IMG/VR virus record: IMGVR_UViG_3300016476_001224
Origin: an uncultured virus (IMG/VR IMGVR_UViG_3300016476_001224)
Lineage: Duplodnaviria; Heunggongvirae; Uroviricota; Caudoviricetes
Length of the DNA stretch: 64,000 bases
Strand: one strand, 5' to 3'
Part shown: piece by piece, positions 28,750-38,688 of the stretch
Position numbering within the stretch: the first letter of the stretch is position 1
Layout: every line of letters starts with the position of its first letter
Position numbers and translations under genes: made by a program
The notes under the pieces: generated by a model
What the model was told of the DNA's origin: nothing
The model's input: only the letters and a program-made list of their open reading frames with translations
The model's database searches: none

Positions 28750-30927
28750 ATGAAATTAGCTAGATATAACCAATTTTTAGGATTAGATTCAATAAATGAG
28801 AATTTAGATAAAGCAAAAAAATATCTAAAGGATAGATACCTTGTACAAACAGCTGCCCAACAATTAGGATTCTTAAATGGTGAGTTAGGTGAGCAACTTA
28901 AACATGGTGAAAGAAAATCTGTTACTTTAAATGATTTTAATGAAGAACAAAGAAATCAAATAAAGTTAAAAATAAGGGAAATAAGTTTAACACCTGAACA
29001 ATTAAAAAAGGTTGAAGCGGATCCTGAATTAAAAGCAATAAGAGAGCTTAAAACAAAAGTTGTACAATCTAATGGTAATGAAAAAACTTTTCAATTAGAT
29101 AAAGACAACATAGGTTGGTTATCTTCATTTGTTTATTTTTACTACTTTGAAGGAGCAACACTTGAAGATTTATCATCACTATATGGTAAGATACTTAGAA
29201 ACAAAGATATTATACAAAATCTTACAGTAAATAAAGGTACTGCAGATAAACCTGTTTTAGCTAAGAAAGCATTTGACTTAAATTTCATTGACCCTAATAT
29301 TACAAATAATATGGAACAACTATCTGATGGTTTAGATAGATTGGAACAATATAGAAAAGTTAAGAGAATAGCAGATAGATTAAGTGTTAGTTCTGAGTTA
29401 AAAGCAAGTTATGCTACTATATCTGAGATGAATGCAGAAAAATTTGCTGAAATTGCAGAAGGATTTGATAAATTGGATGATAAAGATGTTGATGCATTTT
29501 TTGGTGGTATTACATTAGATACATTCCAATTTAAAATGGTTAATGGTCAAGTTACTGATATTCCAAATCCTTTATACAATACTTATCACTTTATGAGTAC
29601 ATTACCAAGATACCACAACATTGAGGAATTCTTGAAAGCCGCTAAACAATATTTAACTTCTATTGAGATGAGTAAAGATGAAGTTATTGAAGGTGAAAGT
29701 CCAGAAGATAGAAGAATAAGAATTGTTAGAAGAAGATACTTAGATTTTTGTAAAAAAGTTGATGAGTGTGTTGCCAAATTAGGTGCAGCAGGTGCTGAAT
29801 TTATTTACCCATTCAAACCAGAAGATAGATTTGATCCAGAAATTAACAAAGAAGGTATCTTAATTATTGAAGTTAGATCATACTCTGCAAATGTTATGTT
29901 AAATGGACATACTGCACACTGTATTAAAGATAGTTTAGGTAACTGGGATAGCTATGTTGGAAATCATGATAATAAACAATATTATATTTATGACTTTAAT
30001 GTACCTCTTACAGATGACTGGTCAACTATTGGTATTACAATTGAACCAAGACAAAGAGTAAGAGCTTGTCACAATAGACGTGATACATCTGTTAATACAG
30101 ATAGATTTAAAGATATATTAAAAGGTTATGAAAGAGACCATAATATTGATGTAAATCTTTGGTCATTACTTGAACCAATGACTAGTGAAGAAATTGAAAG
30201 AAAAGAAAGAGCTAAATTAGCTAATAGAAAAATTGTACAACCTGGATTATCATTAGAAGAAATAACTAAATTAGTTAAAGATGATAATGCAGACATTAAT
30301 AAAGATAATGGTAAATGTCTTGAGAATGCAGTAGATGAAGATGACATTGAAAAAGTAGAAGGTATTCTTAAATTAGGAGCACTTACTACATTAAAGAAAA
30401 AAGAAGAAGGACCTTTATTAAGAGCTAAAGGAATTGATATGATTAAATTATTAGTTTCTTATGGTGCTGAGATGAATGGGGAAATTTTCAAAAATGTTGT
30501 TAATGCAGTTGAACCATTACAATTCTGTTTATCTGCTGGGTTGGATCCAAACTTTGGACAATCTTTACCATTAAGAGCTTGTTATAAAGGAACTTGGAAA
30601 GACCAAAGAAATGAAGGAGATTCTTACTATGAACCATTCTTATTATTAATGGATTATATTAAGAAAACTAAATTATGGAAAGACTTATTAGATGGTAAAG
30701 GTAATCAAATCATTAAATGGGCTGCAGAGTATGGTAGAATTGAGTGTTTAGAATACTTTAAAGAAGCAGGTTTATTTGAAAAGATAAGTGATGGTGATTG
30801 GGATGACATCTTTACTTGGATTAAAATTAGTAGAAAAAGATTAAAAGATTCTAAAATAGAAACTATAAACTGGATAACTAAAAATTCAGGTAAAAGACCT
30901 AAATATGATTTATCAGCAATAAAATAA
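28750..30927 (+). CDS. Large protein with C-terminal ankyrin-like repeats
   Basis: CLENAV....IEKVEGILKLGA, MIKLLVSYGA, WAAEYGRIECLEYF. Confidence 0.65.
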   Translation: MKLARYNQFLGLDSINENLDKAKKYLKDRYLVQTAAQQLGFLNGELGEQLKHGERKSVTLNDFNEEQRNQIKLKIREISLTPEQLKKVEADPELKAIRELKTKVVQSNGNEKTFQLDKDNIGWLSSFVYFYYFEGATLEDLSSLYGKILRNKDIIQNLTVNKGTADKPVLAKKAFDLNFIDPNITNNMEQLSDGLDRLEQYRKVKRIADRLSVSSELKASYATISEMNAEKFAEIAEGFDKLDDKDVDAFFGGITLDTFQFKMVNGQVTDIPNPLYNTYHFMSTLPRYHNIEEFLKAAKQYLTSIEMSKDEVIEGESPEDRRIRIVRRRYLDFCKKVDECVAKLGAAGAEFIYPFKPEDRFDPEINKEGILIIEVRSYSANVMLNGHTAHCIKDSLGNWDSYVGNHDNKQYYIYDFNVPLTDDWSTIGITIEPRQRVRACHNRRDTSVNTDRFKDILKGYERDHNIDVNLWSLLEPMTSEEIERKERAKLANRKIVQPGLSLEEITKLVKDDNADINKDNGKCLENAVDEDDIEKVEGILKLGALTTLKKKEEGPLLRAKGIDMIKLLVSYGAEMNGEIFKNVVNAVEPLQFCLSAGLDPNFGQSLPLRACYKGTWKDQRNEGDSYYEPFLLLMDYIKKTKLWKDLLDGKGNQIIKWAAEYGRIECLEYFKEAGLFEKISDGDWDDIFTWIKISRKRLKDSKIETINWITKNSGKRPKYDLSAIK

Positions 30928-30941
30928 AAATAAAAATAACT

Positions 30942-31448
30942 ATGAAACTTAAAAAATTTAATGAAATGTTTGACCCAATGGGAAGTTGGGATCCAAAACA
31001 CCCTGATAATCAAATAGAAAAAGAAACACCAGAAGTAAAGGAAGTATCTAATGAAGATTTTAAAAATCCTGAATATGTTAAGTCTTTACCTGCTAATCCT
31101 GAAAAATTAATAAAGGCATTAGATGAAGGTCTTGATCCAACAACTATGTCACATATTTTACTAAGAGTTTGTTTTAGAGATAATTTAAAAGAGTCTTTTG
31201 AAATACTAATGTCTTTAATTAAAGAAAAAGACCTTAATAGTCTTCAAAAATTATTACTATGTAAATATTCTGCAGAATATGGTAGAATTGAGTTTTTAAA
31301 AGAATTTGAAAGTCTTGATTGGTTTAAAGAGTTTGATGAAACTGACTGGAAAAATTTACTTGAGTGGTTAGAATTATCAAGACAAATGAAAAATAGACCA
31401 GATGATAAAGAAAAAACAAAACAATTTCTATTAAGCTTAAAAAAATAA
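30942..31448 (+). CDS. Leader-bearing paralog of the C-terminal domain of the upstream gene
   Basis: MKLKKFNE; shared GLDP, LR.C, AEYGRIE.L and DW....W...SR. Confidence 0.7.
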   Translation: MKLKKFNEMFDPMGSWDPKHPDNQIEKETPEVKEVSNEDFKNPEYVKSLPANPEKLIKALDEGLDPTTMSHILLRVCFRDNLKESFEILMSLIKEKDLNSLQKLLLCKYSAEYGRIEFLKEFESLDWFKEFDETDWKNLLEWLELSRQMKNRPDDKEKTKQFLLSLKK

Positions 31449-31460
31449 TAAAAACCCATC

Positions 31461-32192
31461 TTATGATGGGTTTTGTTTTTCTAAATATTTGTAAATTAAA
31501 AATGCATCATTTACATCTTCATATGGTTTAGGAATTTTAGCAATTCCCATAATGTCTGTTTTGGATAACTTACAATGTTTTGTCCAGTAATCATCCCAAA
31601 CTTGATTTTCAACAATAGCTAAAAACATTTCTGTTTTGGTAAATTTTCCACCAGAAATTCCTATGTTATTTCTATACTCTTCTTTAATTGTAATTTTCTT
31701 TTTACCACTTTCTTTTATAATTGGTGGGTAAGTTAATTTACAAGATTCAAGCTTCAAGGTTGAAGGAGAAAGTACAATAATGTCTTCTGATATTAAATCA
31801 AATAGTTTCTTTCTTAAAATGGTTGAAAATGTGACCAAATCAATTATGTCACCTGCTGTTGATGAAAATGAATAACCTTCAATACCAATTTTAGTTGGTT
31901 TATTAGGGTCTATATTTTCTTTAATGTCACTGATTATAATATCACTGATTTTATCATAATCTTTTAACTTTACTAATTCACCTTCTGAGTAATCTTTGAA
32001 TTTTCTATATTCAATGAATTTATAAGTTATAAATTGTTCTGCTAAACCAAACCATTTAGTTATTCCTTTTTTACCAAATGCACTTGATTCTCTACAATAA
32101 TTATACATTTTAAAGGTATCACCTGATGATACTACTAATGCTGTAGATATTAAACTGGGGTCTATTGTTACTATATTATATTTCATAAACAT
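31461..32192 (-). CDS. RuvC-like Holliday junction resolvase (RNase H fold)
   Basis: TIDPSLISTA, IEGYSF, EDVNDAF. Confidence 0.7.
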   Translation of the reverse strand: MFMKYNIVTIDPSLISTALVVSSGDTFKMYNYCRESSAFGKKGITKWFGLAEQFITYKFIEYRKFKDYSEGELVKLKDYDKISDIIISDIKENIDPNKPTKIGIEGYSFSSTAGDIIDLVTFSTILRKKLFDLISEDIIVLSPSTLKLESCKLTYPPIIKESGKKKITIKEEYRNNIGISGGKFTKTEMFLAIVENQVWDDYWTKHCKLSKTDIMGIAKIPKPYEDVNDAFLIYKYLEKQNPS

Positions 32193-32213
32193 ATATAGTA
32201 AATGAAGTAGTTC

Positions 32214-32891
32214 CTATTTTAATTTTTCTTTTAACCAATCTACCTTACTTTCATGTACAAGTAAACAAGGACTTGAAGTGAAAAATTCACAAGCACCCTC
32301 TCCTTTATAGTTAGGTGCTAATCCACTACCCAAATAAACCTTGGAATTTGGTAATGTATCAAGTTCTGAAAATGGAACTTTAAAGTTTTCAGTATAATTA
32401 GTTTTTATAAAATTATCTTTACTAATTCTTTTTCCTGAAACTTGGTCAGAATTTTTAATAGAACCACTTCTATCTCTTAATCCCCAAAGATCACATACTG
32501 GACAAAATACAATTTCACTATTATCAAATGGTATAACTAAGTAAATATCACTATTTACTAAAAATTTACAAATCTCTTTATTAGTACCACCAATTAAAGA
32601 GTTTTTTCTAACAACTGGATATTCTTCTGTATCATGTTCAATCTCATTAAAGAAATCTTTAAATGCAAGAGGATCTGCATTTCTTGGTGCAGGTGTAAAT
32701 AATTCTAAATCATACTTTTTATATTTTGATCTCCAAAGTAAATCACTATCAAATGAAAAGTTTTTACAATTACTTTTTAATATCTCTAAAAACTCTTCTT
32801 CATTAAGTTGTTTAGTTCTATTTAATTCTTCTAAATTAGAATCAGGTCTTGCCAAGCTTTCTAAAAATGCATCAAATTTTTTAATTTCCAT
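32214..32891 (-). CDS. Hypothetical protein with leader
   Basis: MEIKKFDAFLES; TTAATATATA on minus strand at 32896-32905. Confidence 0.7.
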   Translation of the reverse strand: MEIKKFDAFLESLARPDSNLEELNRTKQLNEEEFLEILKSNCKNFSFDSDLLWRSKYKKYDLELFTPAPRNADPLAFKDFFNEIEHDTEEYPVVRKNSLIGGTNKEICKFLVNSDIYLVIPFDNSEIVFCPVCDLWGLRDRSGSIKNSDQVSGKRISKDNFIKTNYTENFKVPFSELDTLPNSKVYLGSGLAPNYKGEGACEFFTSSPCLLVHESKVDWLKEKLK

Positions 32892-32939
32892 AGTGTATAT
32901 ATTAAATATTTTTAGTACTTTTGTAGAAACAAATAGTAT

Positions 32940-33398
32940 ATGTCAGGACACAAATTGAATAATTCAGATGCGCTAAAGTTTATGTTTGCAGGTAATTCAA
33001 CATTTACTGTTGTTAATACCAAGACAGAAAACAGATTTACTTTCAAAGTGAAAAAGTCTAAAGATAAAGATAGTAATCTTTTCTTTGTTAGTGTTTTAAC
33101 TGGTCCTGATAACTATACTTATATTGGAACTGTGGTTGAAGGTATTTACAAACATGGTAAGAAATCTGTTATTTCAACAGATGCACAATCAGTTAGAGTA
33201 TTTGATTATGTTTTAAACAAGCTTAAATTAGGTAAACTTCAAGAATTTGTTGAGGTTTGGCATGAAGGTACTTGTGGTAAATGTGGTAGAGTATTGACAG
33301 TTCCATCAAGTATTGAAAATGGTTTAGGACCAGAGTGTATTAAGTCTCTTTCAAAACAAGAAAAAAGAGACAAATTTTTATCTTTAATTTTATCATAA
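32940..33398 (+). CDS. DUF6011-like zinc-ribbon protein with C-terminal tag
   Basis: WHEGTCGKCGRVLTVPSSIENGLGPEC; ends RDKFLSLILS; TACTTTTG at 32916-32923. Confidence 0.7.
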   Translation: MSGHKLNNSDALKFMFAGNSTFTVVNTKTENRFTFKVKKSKDKDSNLFFVSVLTGPDNYTYIGTVVEGIYKHGKKSVISTDAQSVRVFDYVLNKLKLGKLQEFVEVWHEGTCGKCGRVLTVPSSIENGLGPECIKSLSKQEKRDKFLSLILS

Positions 33399-33916
33399 TG
33401 GATTTAGTATCAGTAATAGTTTCAGGATTAGCTCTAGTGGCTATAGTTTTTGTTTCAGTTAGTTTATTTAGATTATCAAGGAAAAGAAAGAATATAGGTT
33501 GGGATGTTAAACAAGGTATTAGATGTTATGCCTGTAAAACAGACTTATTAGAAGATTTATCTGAAACAGATAGATATGAGAAACTAATGGATGTTTATGA
33601 GAAAGCATCAAAAGACCCAAAAAATGAAGATTTTCATTTATGTGTTTCTTGTAATAGGAATGATAAATTAGAAGGAATAACAAGTCATAAATTCTTTAAT
33701 GTACATAGACTTAATAAATTAAAAAAATTATTATATTCAAGAAAATCTGATAAAATTCAAATGATAATGATAATACTAATGATTGTATTTCAATTTATTG
33801 ATGGATTAATCAAACACTATTTCAAGATACACACAATGATTGGTTCATTATATACTATTTTTTATTGGTTTATATGGTATTATAAAATGAGATTATCATT
33901 TGGTGAAAAAAAGTAA
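33398..33916 (+). CDS. Membrane protein with two CxxC pairs
   Basis: N-terminal and C-terminal hydrophobic helices; CYAC and CVSC; internal RNDKLEGI. Confidence 0.7.
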   Translation: MDLVSVIVSGLALVAIVFVSVSLFRLSRKRKNIGWDVKQGIRCYACKTDLLEDLSETDRYEKLMDVYEKASKDPKNEDFHLCVSCNRNDKLEGITSHKFFNVHRLNKLKKLLYSRKSDKIQMIMIILMIVFQFIDGLIKHYFKIHTMIGSLYTIFYWFIWYYKMRLSFGEKK

Positions 33917-33948
33917 AACCTCTAATTTCTTAGAGGTTTTTCTTATTA

Positions 33949-34000
33949 GGGTCGACAACTGGTACTGTCAACATCCACCACCATATTTTACAAAATATGG
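33949..34000 (-). other. Candidate structured RNA element in the 3' region of the Hc1-like gene
   Basis: Locally GC-rich; hairpins CCATATTTT/AAAATATGG and GTTGACA-N8-TGTCGAC ahead of the terminator at 33915-33940. Confidence 0.35.
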
Positions 34001-34016
34001 AAAAACAGAATTGTTA

Positions 34017-34187
34017 TTATGCTTTTGCCTCAGCAACAGAAGCAGCTCTATAAGGAGTTACTAATTTTTTGATTTCACCTAAAGCTTTACGAGCATCAGC
34101 ATCTGATTTTTTAGTTGTTTTAGCATGGTTAGCTTCAAAAGTAGCCCATAAAGCAGCTAATTGTTCAAAAATTTCTTGTTTGTTCAT
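34017..34187 (-). CDS. Histone H1-like (Hc1-family-like) small nucleoid protein, 56 aa, absent from ORF track
   Basis: MNKQEIFEQLAALWATFEANHAKTTKKSDADARKALGEIKKLVTPYRAASVAEAKA*; ARKAL.EIKKL...YR..S pattern. Confidence 0.7.
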   Translation of the reverse strand: MNKQEIFEQLAALWATFEANHAKTTKKSDADARKALGEIKKLVTPYRAASVAEAKA

Positions 34188-34240
34188 AATTTTATTTTTA
34201 TTTTTTGTTTTAAACCTACTTATCTAAGAGGTTTTAATTT

Positions 34241-35464
34241 TTATCCGAAAATATCATCTGCATCTGCTGCATCTGTAAATCCATTTGTATCATCATCTTC
34301 TTCAATGATTGCATTAAATTCTTTTTCAACTTCATCAATTTCATCAATAGACTTAAATCTAAAGTAATCATTTACAATTGGTGCCATTTTCTCCAACACT
34401 TCTTGAGTGAATACTTCTTGAGTGAATAATTGTTTAGTTGTTACTGATTTATTTAAGTGGTCAACATACCATCTTGTTCCACCTGGAATGAATTTCATTT
34501 CACCTGTTGATTTATCAACTTCCATTTTACCTTTAGCAATACCAATTTGATTAAAGTATTCTGGTCTACAGAAAGCATCTAATCCTGTGTAAGGATTCAT
34601 ACCATGTGCAAATGATATATCAAATCTAATCTTTTTAGGTTTTGCTAATCTATTTTTCTGTGTTTTAAATAGAACTGAAATACCTGATTGTCCTAAGTCC
34701 ATATCATCTTCCTCACCAGTTTTCAATTTTGATTTACTTAAAAATCCTAATACTGATGCAGAGTAAACAAGACCCATACCACCTTTAGAAATCTCTTTAG
34801 GGAATAAATCTTGAGATAAGTATGTGTGATTACAACAAACCATTGGAATATCTAAGAAACCTAAGTCAGAACTAATACTTCTGAAAAGTGCATTTAATCC
34901 TTTTGCTCTTGTCATATCTTGTTTCATAGCACCTTTTAATAAATCTTCTTTCTCTTTATTAGAAGACATCATACCAATTGAATCAAGTACAATAACAATT
35001 TTAGGGATTTCAAATCCATCCATTTTAGCTTCTTTTAATTCATCCAATAATTGTGTTAAAAAGATATTAATATCTTCAACTTTATTAGATCTAACTAATC
35101 TAAATTTATCTGGTGCATTATCAATACCAAATTTTGTAATACCCTCTAAATCAATTGAGTTCTCGGTATCAATATAAATAATTGACGAACCTGATTTCTG
35201 TGCAGATTTACAAATTGAGTAAGCAATAAATGATTTACCTGCTCCTGATTCTCCTAATAAACCAAAGATACGTCCACCTAAGATACCACCACCAACTAAC
35301 TTAGCTGATAATGCAGCATCCAATAAATAACAACCTGTTGATATAAATTGTTTTTCTTTAACTTCTTTCTCAATAATAATTGGCACTGATTTTGCTATGT
35401 TGTCCAAAATAGAACCAACTTTACTGAACTCAAACTTTTTTCCTTCTTTAACTTGTTTAGCCAT
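34241..35464 (-). CDS. uvsX: RecA/UvsX recombinase
   Basis: ISTG, GESGAGKS, YIDTE, IVLDSIG, DMTRAK, NHTY, GGMGLVYSAS, KNR. Confidence 0.92.
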   Translation of the reverse strand: MAKQVKEGKKFEFSKVGSILDNIAKSVPIIIEKEVKEKQFISTGCYLLDAALSAKLVGGGILGGRIFGLLGESGAGKSFIAYSICKSAQKSGSSIIYIDTENSIDLEGITKFGIDNAPDKFRLVRSNKVEDINIFLTQLLDELKEAKMDGFEIPKIVIVLDSIGMMSSNKEKEDLLKGAMKQDMTRAKGLNALFRSISSDLGFLDIPMVCCNHTYLSQDLFPKEISKGGMGLVYSASVLGFLSKSKLKTGEEDDMDLGQSGISVLFKTQKNRLAKPKKIRFDISFAHGMNPYTGLDAFCRPEYFNQIGIAKGKMEVDKSTGEMKFIPGGTRWYVDHLNKSVTTKQLFTQEVFTQEVLEKMAPIVNDYFRFKSIDEIDEVEKEFNAIIEEDDDTNGFTDAADADDIFG

Positions 35465-35595
35465 TTTAATTTCTAATATTTTTATAAAGTATATATAAAG
35501 TTTTTTCTCTCCCCTTTCAACATTTTTGAAAAAAGTTTTGAAGGGGGGCTTAACTTATTGATATATAATAAGAAATAAACATAAATATATAGGAA

Positions 35596-36318
35596 ATGAC
35601 AAGAACTGAATTTTTAGAAAAAGCTCATAATCAACATGGTTACAAATACAAGTACATAGATTTATCTGATAAAATAATATTATCTGATAAAATAATTATT
35701 GAGTATAATGGTATTCAATATGAACAAAGAGTTTCTAAACATTTAATGGGGAAATGTCCTGAGAAAACTACACCTACAAAGACTACAGAACAATTTATAA
35801 AAGAATCTATAGAGGTTTGGGGTAATAAATATGATTATAGTTTAACTGAATATAAAGGTGCATTAGTTGATGTTAAAATTATTTATGATGGTATAGTTTA
35901 TTTACAAAGACCTACTTCTCATTTAAAAGGTATGGCACCTGAGTTTAGAAGAACTGAGGAATCAATAATTAATGATGAGATGAGAAAAAGTGATTTATTT
36001 GGTGAAACAGAAATACATAACTTTTTGAGAAAATACAAAATACAATTTAAAGAAAGATATAGATTAGGTGAGGTTACTTTTGATTTTTATTTACCAAGTC
36101 TTAGAGTTTGTATAGAGTTTGATGGTAGACAACATTTTGAACCTATTGAGAAGTTTGGTGGTGTTACAACATATGAACGTATTAAATCAAATGATAAGAC
36201 TAAAAATGAATATTGTGAAGAACATTATATTGAATTAATAAGAATAAAGTATGATAAGATTGATGATATTTATAGAACACTATGGGATAGTTTAGCACAT
36301 AAAATAAAAAAGACCTAA
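35596..36318 (+). CDS. Putative homing endonuclease (Vsr/PD-(D/E)XK-like)
   Basis: KYDYSLTEY module; FDFYLPSLRVCIEFDGRQHF; related to 24174..25079. Confidence 0.7.
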   Translation: MTRTEFLEKAHNQHGYKYKYIDLSDKIILSDKIIIEYNGIQYEQRVSKHLMGKCPEKTTPTKTTEQFIKESIEVWGNKYDYSLTEYKGALVDVKIIYDGIVYLQRPTSHLKGMAPEFRRTEESIINDEMRKSDLFGETEIHNFLRKYKIQFKERYRLGEVTFDFYLPSLRVCIEFDGRQHFEPIEKFGGVTTYERIKSNDKTKNEYCEEHYIELIRIKYDKIDDIYRTLWDSLAHKIKKT

Positions 36319-36329
36319 ATGGTCTTTTT

Positions 36330-36650
36330 TTATTTTCTGAATTTATTTGGATATAATGTTCTTAATTCATGTCCAGGTGGAATATCAGATACTTTAATAC
36401 CCATTACTTTTTGTTCAGGTGTTGTATCTTTTCCATCCATTAAGAAATTATTATTACTTGCCCAAACCTCAGCAGTTCTATTAAATAATTGACCTACTGA
36501 AAAACAAAATCTTGTTCCTGTTGGGTTATCAATATCAGTTATTCTACCATCAGGTGATTTAGTAACTTTTATTACAATTCTTGGATTTCTTTTATTAGTG
36601 AAAGTAACAACTTTCTCTCCAAACTCTTCAAATATTTTTATGTGTTTCAT
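36330..36650 (-). CDS. Hypothetical protein with leader
   Basis: MKHIKIFEEF. Confidence 0.7.
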   Translation of the reverse strand: MKHIKIFEEFGEKVVTFTNKRNPRIVIKVTKSPDGRITDIDNPTGTRFCFSVGQLFNRTAEVWASNNNFLMDGKDTTPEQKVMGIKVSDIPPGHELRTLYPNKFRK

Positions 36651-37102
36651 TTTAATTTACTTTTTAATTTACTTTTTATATAAGTTTTAACTTTATCTAA
36701 AACATTAATTGGTCTAAAATAAATATAAATCCTTTCTAAACTTATACGTCTCTTTTGAATATTTTCAAATGAATCAAGTGTTTCTTTATTTTCATAACCA
36801 TTATAATTAAGAAAATATTTAGCTATAAAATCTAATTTAACATTATTACTTTCTTCTAAATATTCTTTGGCAACTTCTAATACTTCAAGAACTTCATCAT
36901 CAAGTAAAAAACTTCTATGATCATCTTTACTAACTTTGATTTCAATTCCTTTATCTACATCTTTAAAGTTTTTACCAATTGTTTTTAAATATCCAATATT
37001 GACTTCAATACTAAATCCCATATCTTGTAATTCTACAAAACAAGACTTAATTGAGTCTATGTCATACTTTGAACTTTCATCAAATCTAACTAAATACTTC
37101 AT
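36647..37102 (-). CDS. Leader-bearing protein of the D.GF paralog family
   Basis: Likely start MKYLVRFDES at 37102, just after TTAATATATA at 37107-37116; IKSCFVELQDMGFSI. Confidence 0.7.
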   Translation of the reverse strand: MKYLVRFDESSKYDIDSIKSCFVELQDMGFSIEVNIGYLKTIGKNFKDVDKGIEIKVSKDDHRSFLLDDEVLEVLEVAKEYLEESNNVKLDFIAKYFLNYNGYENKETLDSFENIQKRRISLERIYIYFRPINVLDKVKTYIKSKLKSKLK

Positions 37103-37141
37103 TTCATATATATTAAATTTTGATAGTATAAAATAATTTAC

Positions 37142-37149
37142 TATCTTTG
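37142..37149 (+). promoter_or_regulatory. Bacteroidota-type -7 element TAnnTTTG (early promoter, representative)
   Basis: Also at 32916, 42848, 44582, 49751 and 2216(-), each about 15-20 nt before a start codon. Confidence 0.7.
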
Positions 37150-37168
37150 TACAAATAAAAATAATAAT

Positions 37169-37759
37169 ATGAACATTTGGTTTACATCTGATACACACTA
37201 TCATCATGCTGGAATTTCTGGTCCTGAATTGTCTAAATGGAAGTCTGGTTATAGAACTTTCAAAACAGTTGCAGAAATGAACCTATGTTTGATAGAAACT
37301 ATCAACAAATATGTAAAAGAAGATGATATACTTTATCATCTTGGTGACTTTTCTTTTGGTTCACCTCAAAAAATGTATGAGTTCAGAAAATCATTAGTAT
37401 GTAAAACTATACACTTGATAAAAGGAAACCATGATGAAATTTTTGATGAATTTCATGCTGAGAAAAGAGCAAGATTATCATTTGATCCATTTGAACTATT
37501 TGCAAGTGTTAGAGATACTTATACTGGTTACATTGGTAAAAACAAATTCCACTTATCTCACTATGCACATAGAGTTTGGCCAAGTTCACACAAAGGTGTT
37601 ATTCACCTTTATGGACACTCTCATGGTAGTATTTCAGATTATGGTAAATCAATGGATGTTGGTATAGATGCACACAAAGAGTTTAGACCTTTCCATATCA
37701 ATGAAATATTACAGATTATGGAAAAAAGAGAAATTGTTAAAGTTGATCACCATGTCTGA
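37169..37759 (+). CDS. Calcineurin-like metallophosphoesterase
   Basis: FTSDTH, HLGDF, KGNHD, SHY, YGHSH, DVGID; TATCTTTG at 37142-37149. Confidence 0.9.
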   Translation: MNIWFTSDTHYHHAGISGPELSKWKSGYRTFKTVAEMNLCLIETINKYVKEDDILYHLGDFSFGSPQKMYEFRKSLVCKTIHLIKGNHDEIFDEFHAEKRARLSFDPFELFASVRDTYTGYIGKNKFHLSHYAHRVWPSSHKGVIHLYGHSHGSISDYGKSMDVGIDAHKEFRPFHINEILQIMEKREIVKVDHHV

Positions 37760-37937
37760 TTTGAAATTAGAAATATCTAAGTTAAAACTCTTAATAAATG
37801 CTAAATATGGTGCATATGGTAATAAAAAAGATACTATGTATTATGAACTATTAAGAAAGAGGAAAAAGATTACTGGTATGCTTTTGAAGATAGAGAATAG
37901 AAAGAGAAAAATAGAAAAACTACTATGCAAAATATAG
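37752..37937 (+). CDS. Mini-protein: PolB motif-B-like fragment plus C-terminal tag
   Basis: MSDLKLEISKLKLLINAKYGAYGNKKDTMYYEL...RKRKIEKLL; start overlaps the upstream stop. Confidence 0.6.
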   Translation: MSDLKLEISKLKLLINAKYGAYGNKKDTMYYELLRKRKKITGMLLKIENRKRKIEKLLCKI

Positions 37938-38248
37938 AAGATAGATTTGAAATGGGTACCTGTGTTGTTTGTATAAAAGAATATGAAACACTAAAAGTTA
38001 GAAGTCACTACAACATAAAAGGTTGTGGTGACTTGACTTGGAATGCTGCCACTGATAAAGAAGGTTATGGATTTTGTGTTGAAGATGAATTTGCATCCAA
38101 TAAAAAAGATTGGTGGAACCTTGCCTATTCAGAAAGAGTTAAATGGTATTACTTTACAGAGGAAGAAATGAATGAATATTTTATTACACAAGAAGAGGAC
38201 TTTATAATATATTCAAGAGATCAAAAATTAAAAGAATTAGGTATATGA
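37925..38248 (+). CDS. Hypothetical protein with C-terminal tag
   Basis: Ends RDQKLKELGI. Confidence 0.75.
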   Translation: MQNIEDRFEMGTCVVCIKEYETLKVRSHYNIKGCGDLTWNAATDKEGYGFCVEDEFASNKKDWWNLAYSERVKWYYFTEEEMNEYFITQEEDFIIYSRDQKLKELGI

Positions 38249-38688
38249 ATACAAATGAATTAAGAGAATTACTTAATGAAGTTTTCTTTGAAGATAAATA
38301 TGAGATTACTGAAACTGATTACACAAAATATGATGAAGATTTAGTAAGATTTAATGTAAAAGTTTATTCAAAGAAAATGAATAAACATATGACAATGATT
38401 GTAATACATAATTATATAATAGGTACAACAATATGTAAAGATCTTTGGATAATGGATTGGTCTCTACCTAATCAAAATTACTATATGAGAATACCTGGAA
38501 CAAGTTATAAAAGAAATACTAAAGATGTTGGTGATCCAAAATACTTTTTAATGTTATCAAAAGATAAGATGAATGATATTTTACTCATAAATGAATTAAA
38601 TAATAATTTAATTAGTGATATGAGAGAAATGGATAAAAACCCTATGACTATGACAAGAGACTATAAATTAAAAAACTTAGGAATATGA
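38245..38688 (+). CDS. Hypothetical protein with C-terminal tag
   Basis: Ends RDYKLKNLGI. Confidence 0.75.
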   Translation: MNTNELRELLNEVFFEDKYEITETDYTKYDEDLVRFNVKVYSKKMNKHMTMIVIHNYIIGTTICKDLWIMDWSLPNQNYYMRIPGTSYKRNTKDVGDPKYFLMLSKDKMNDILLINELNNNLISDMREMDKNPMTMTRDYKLKNLGI

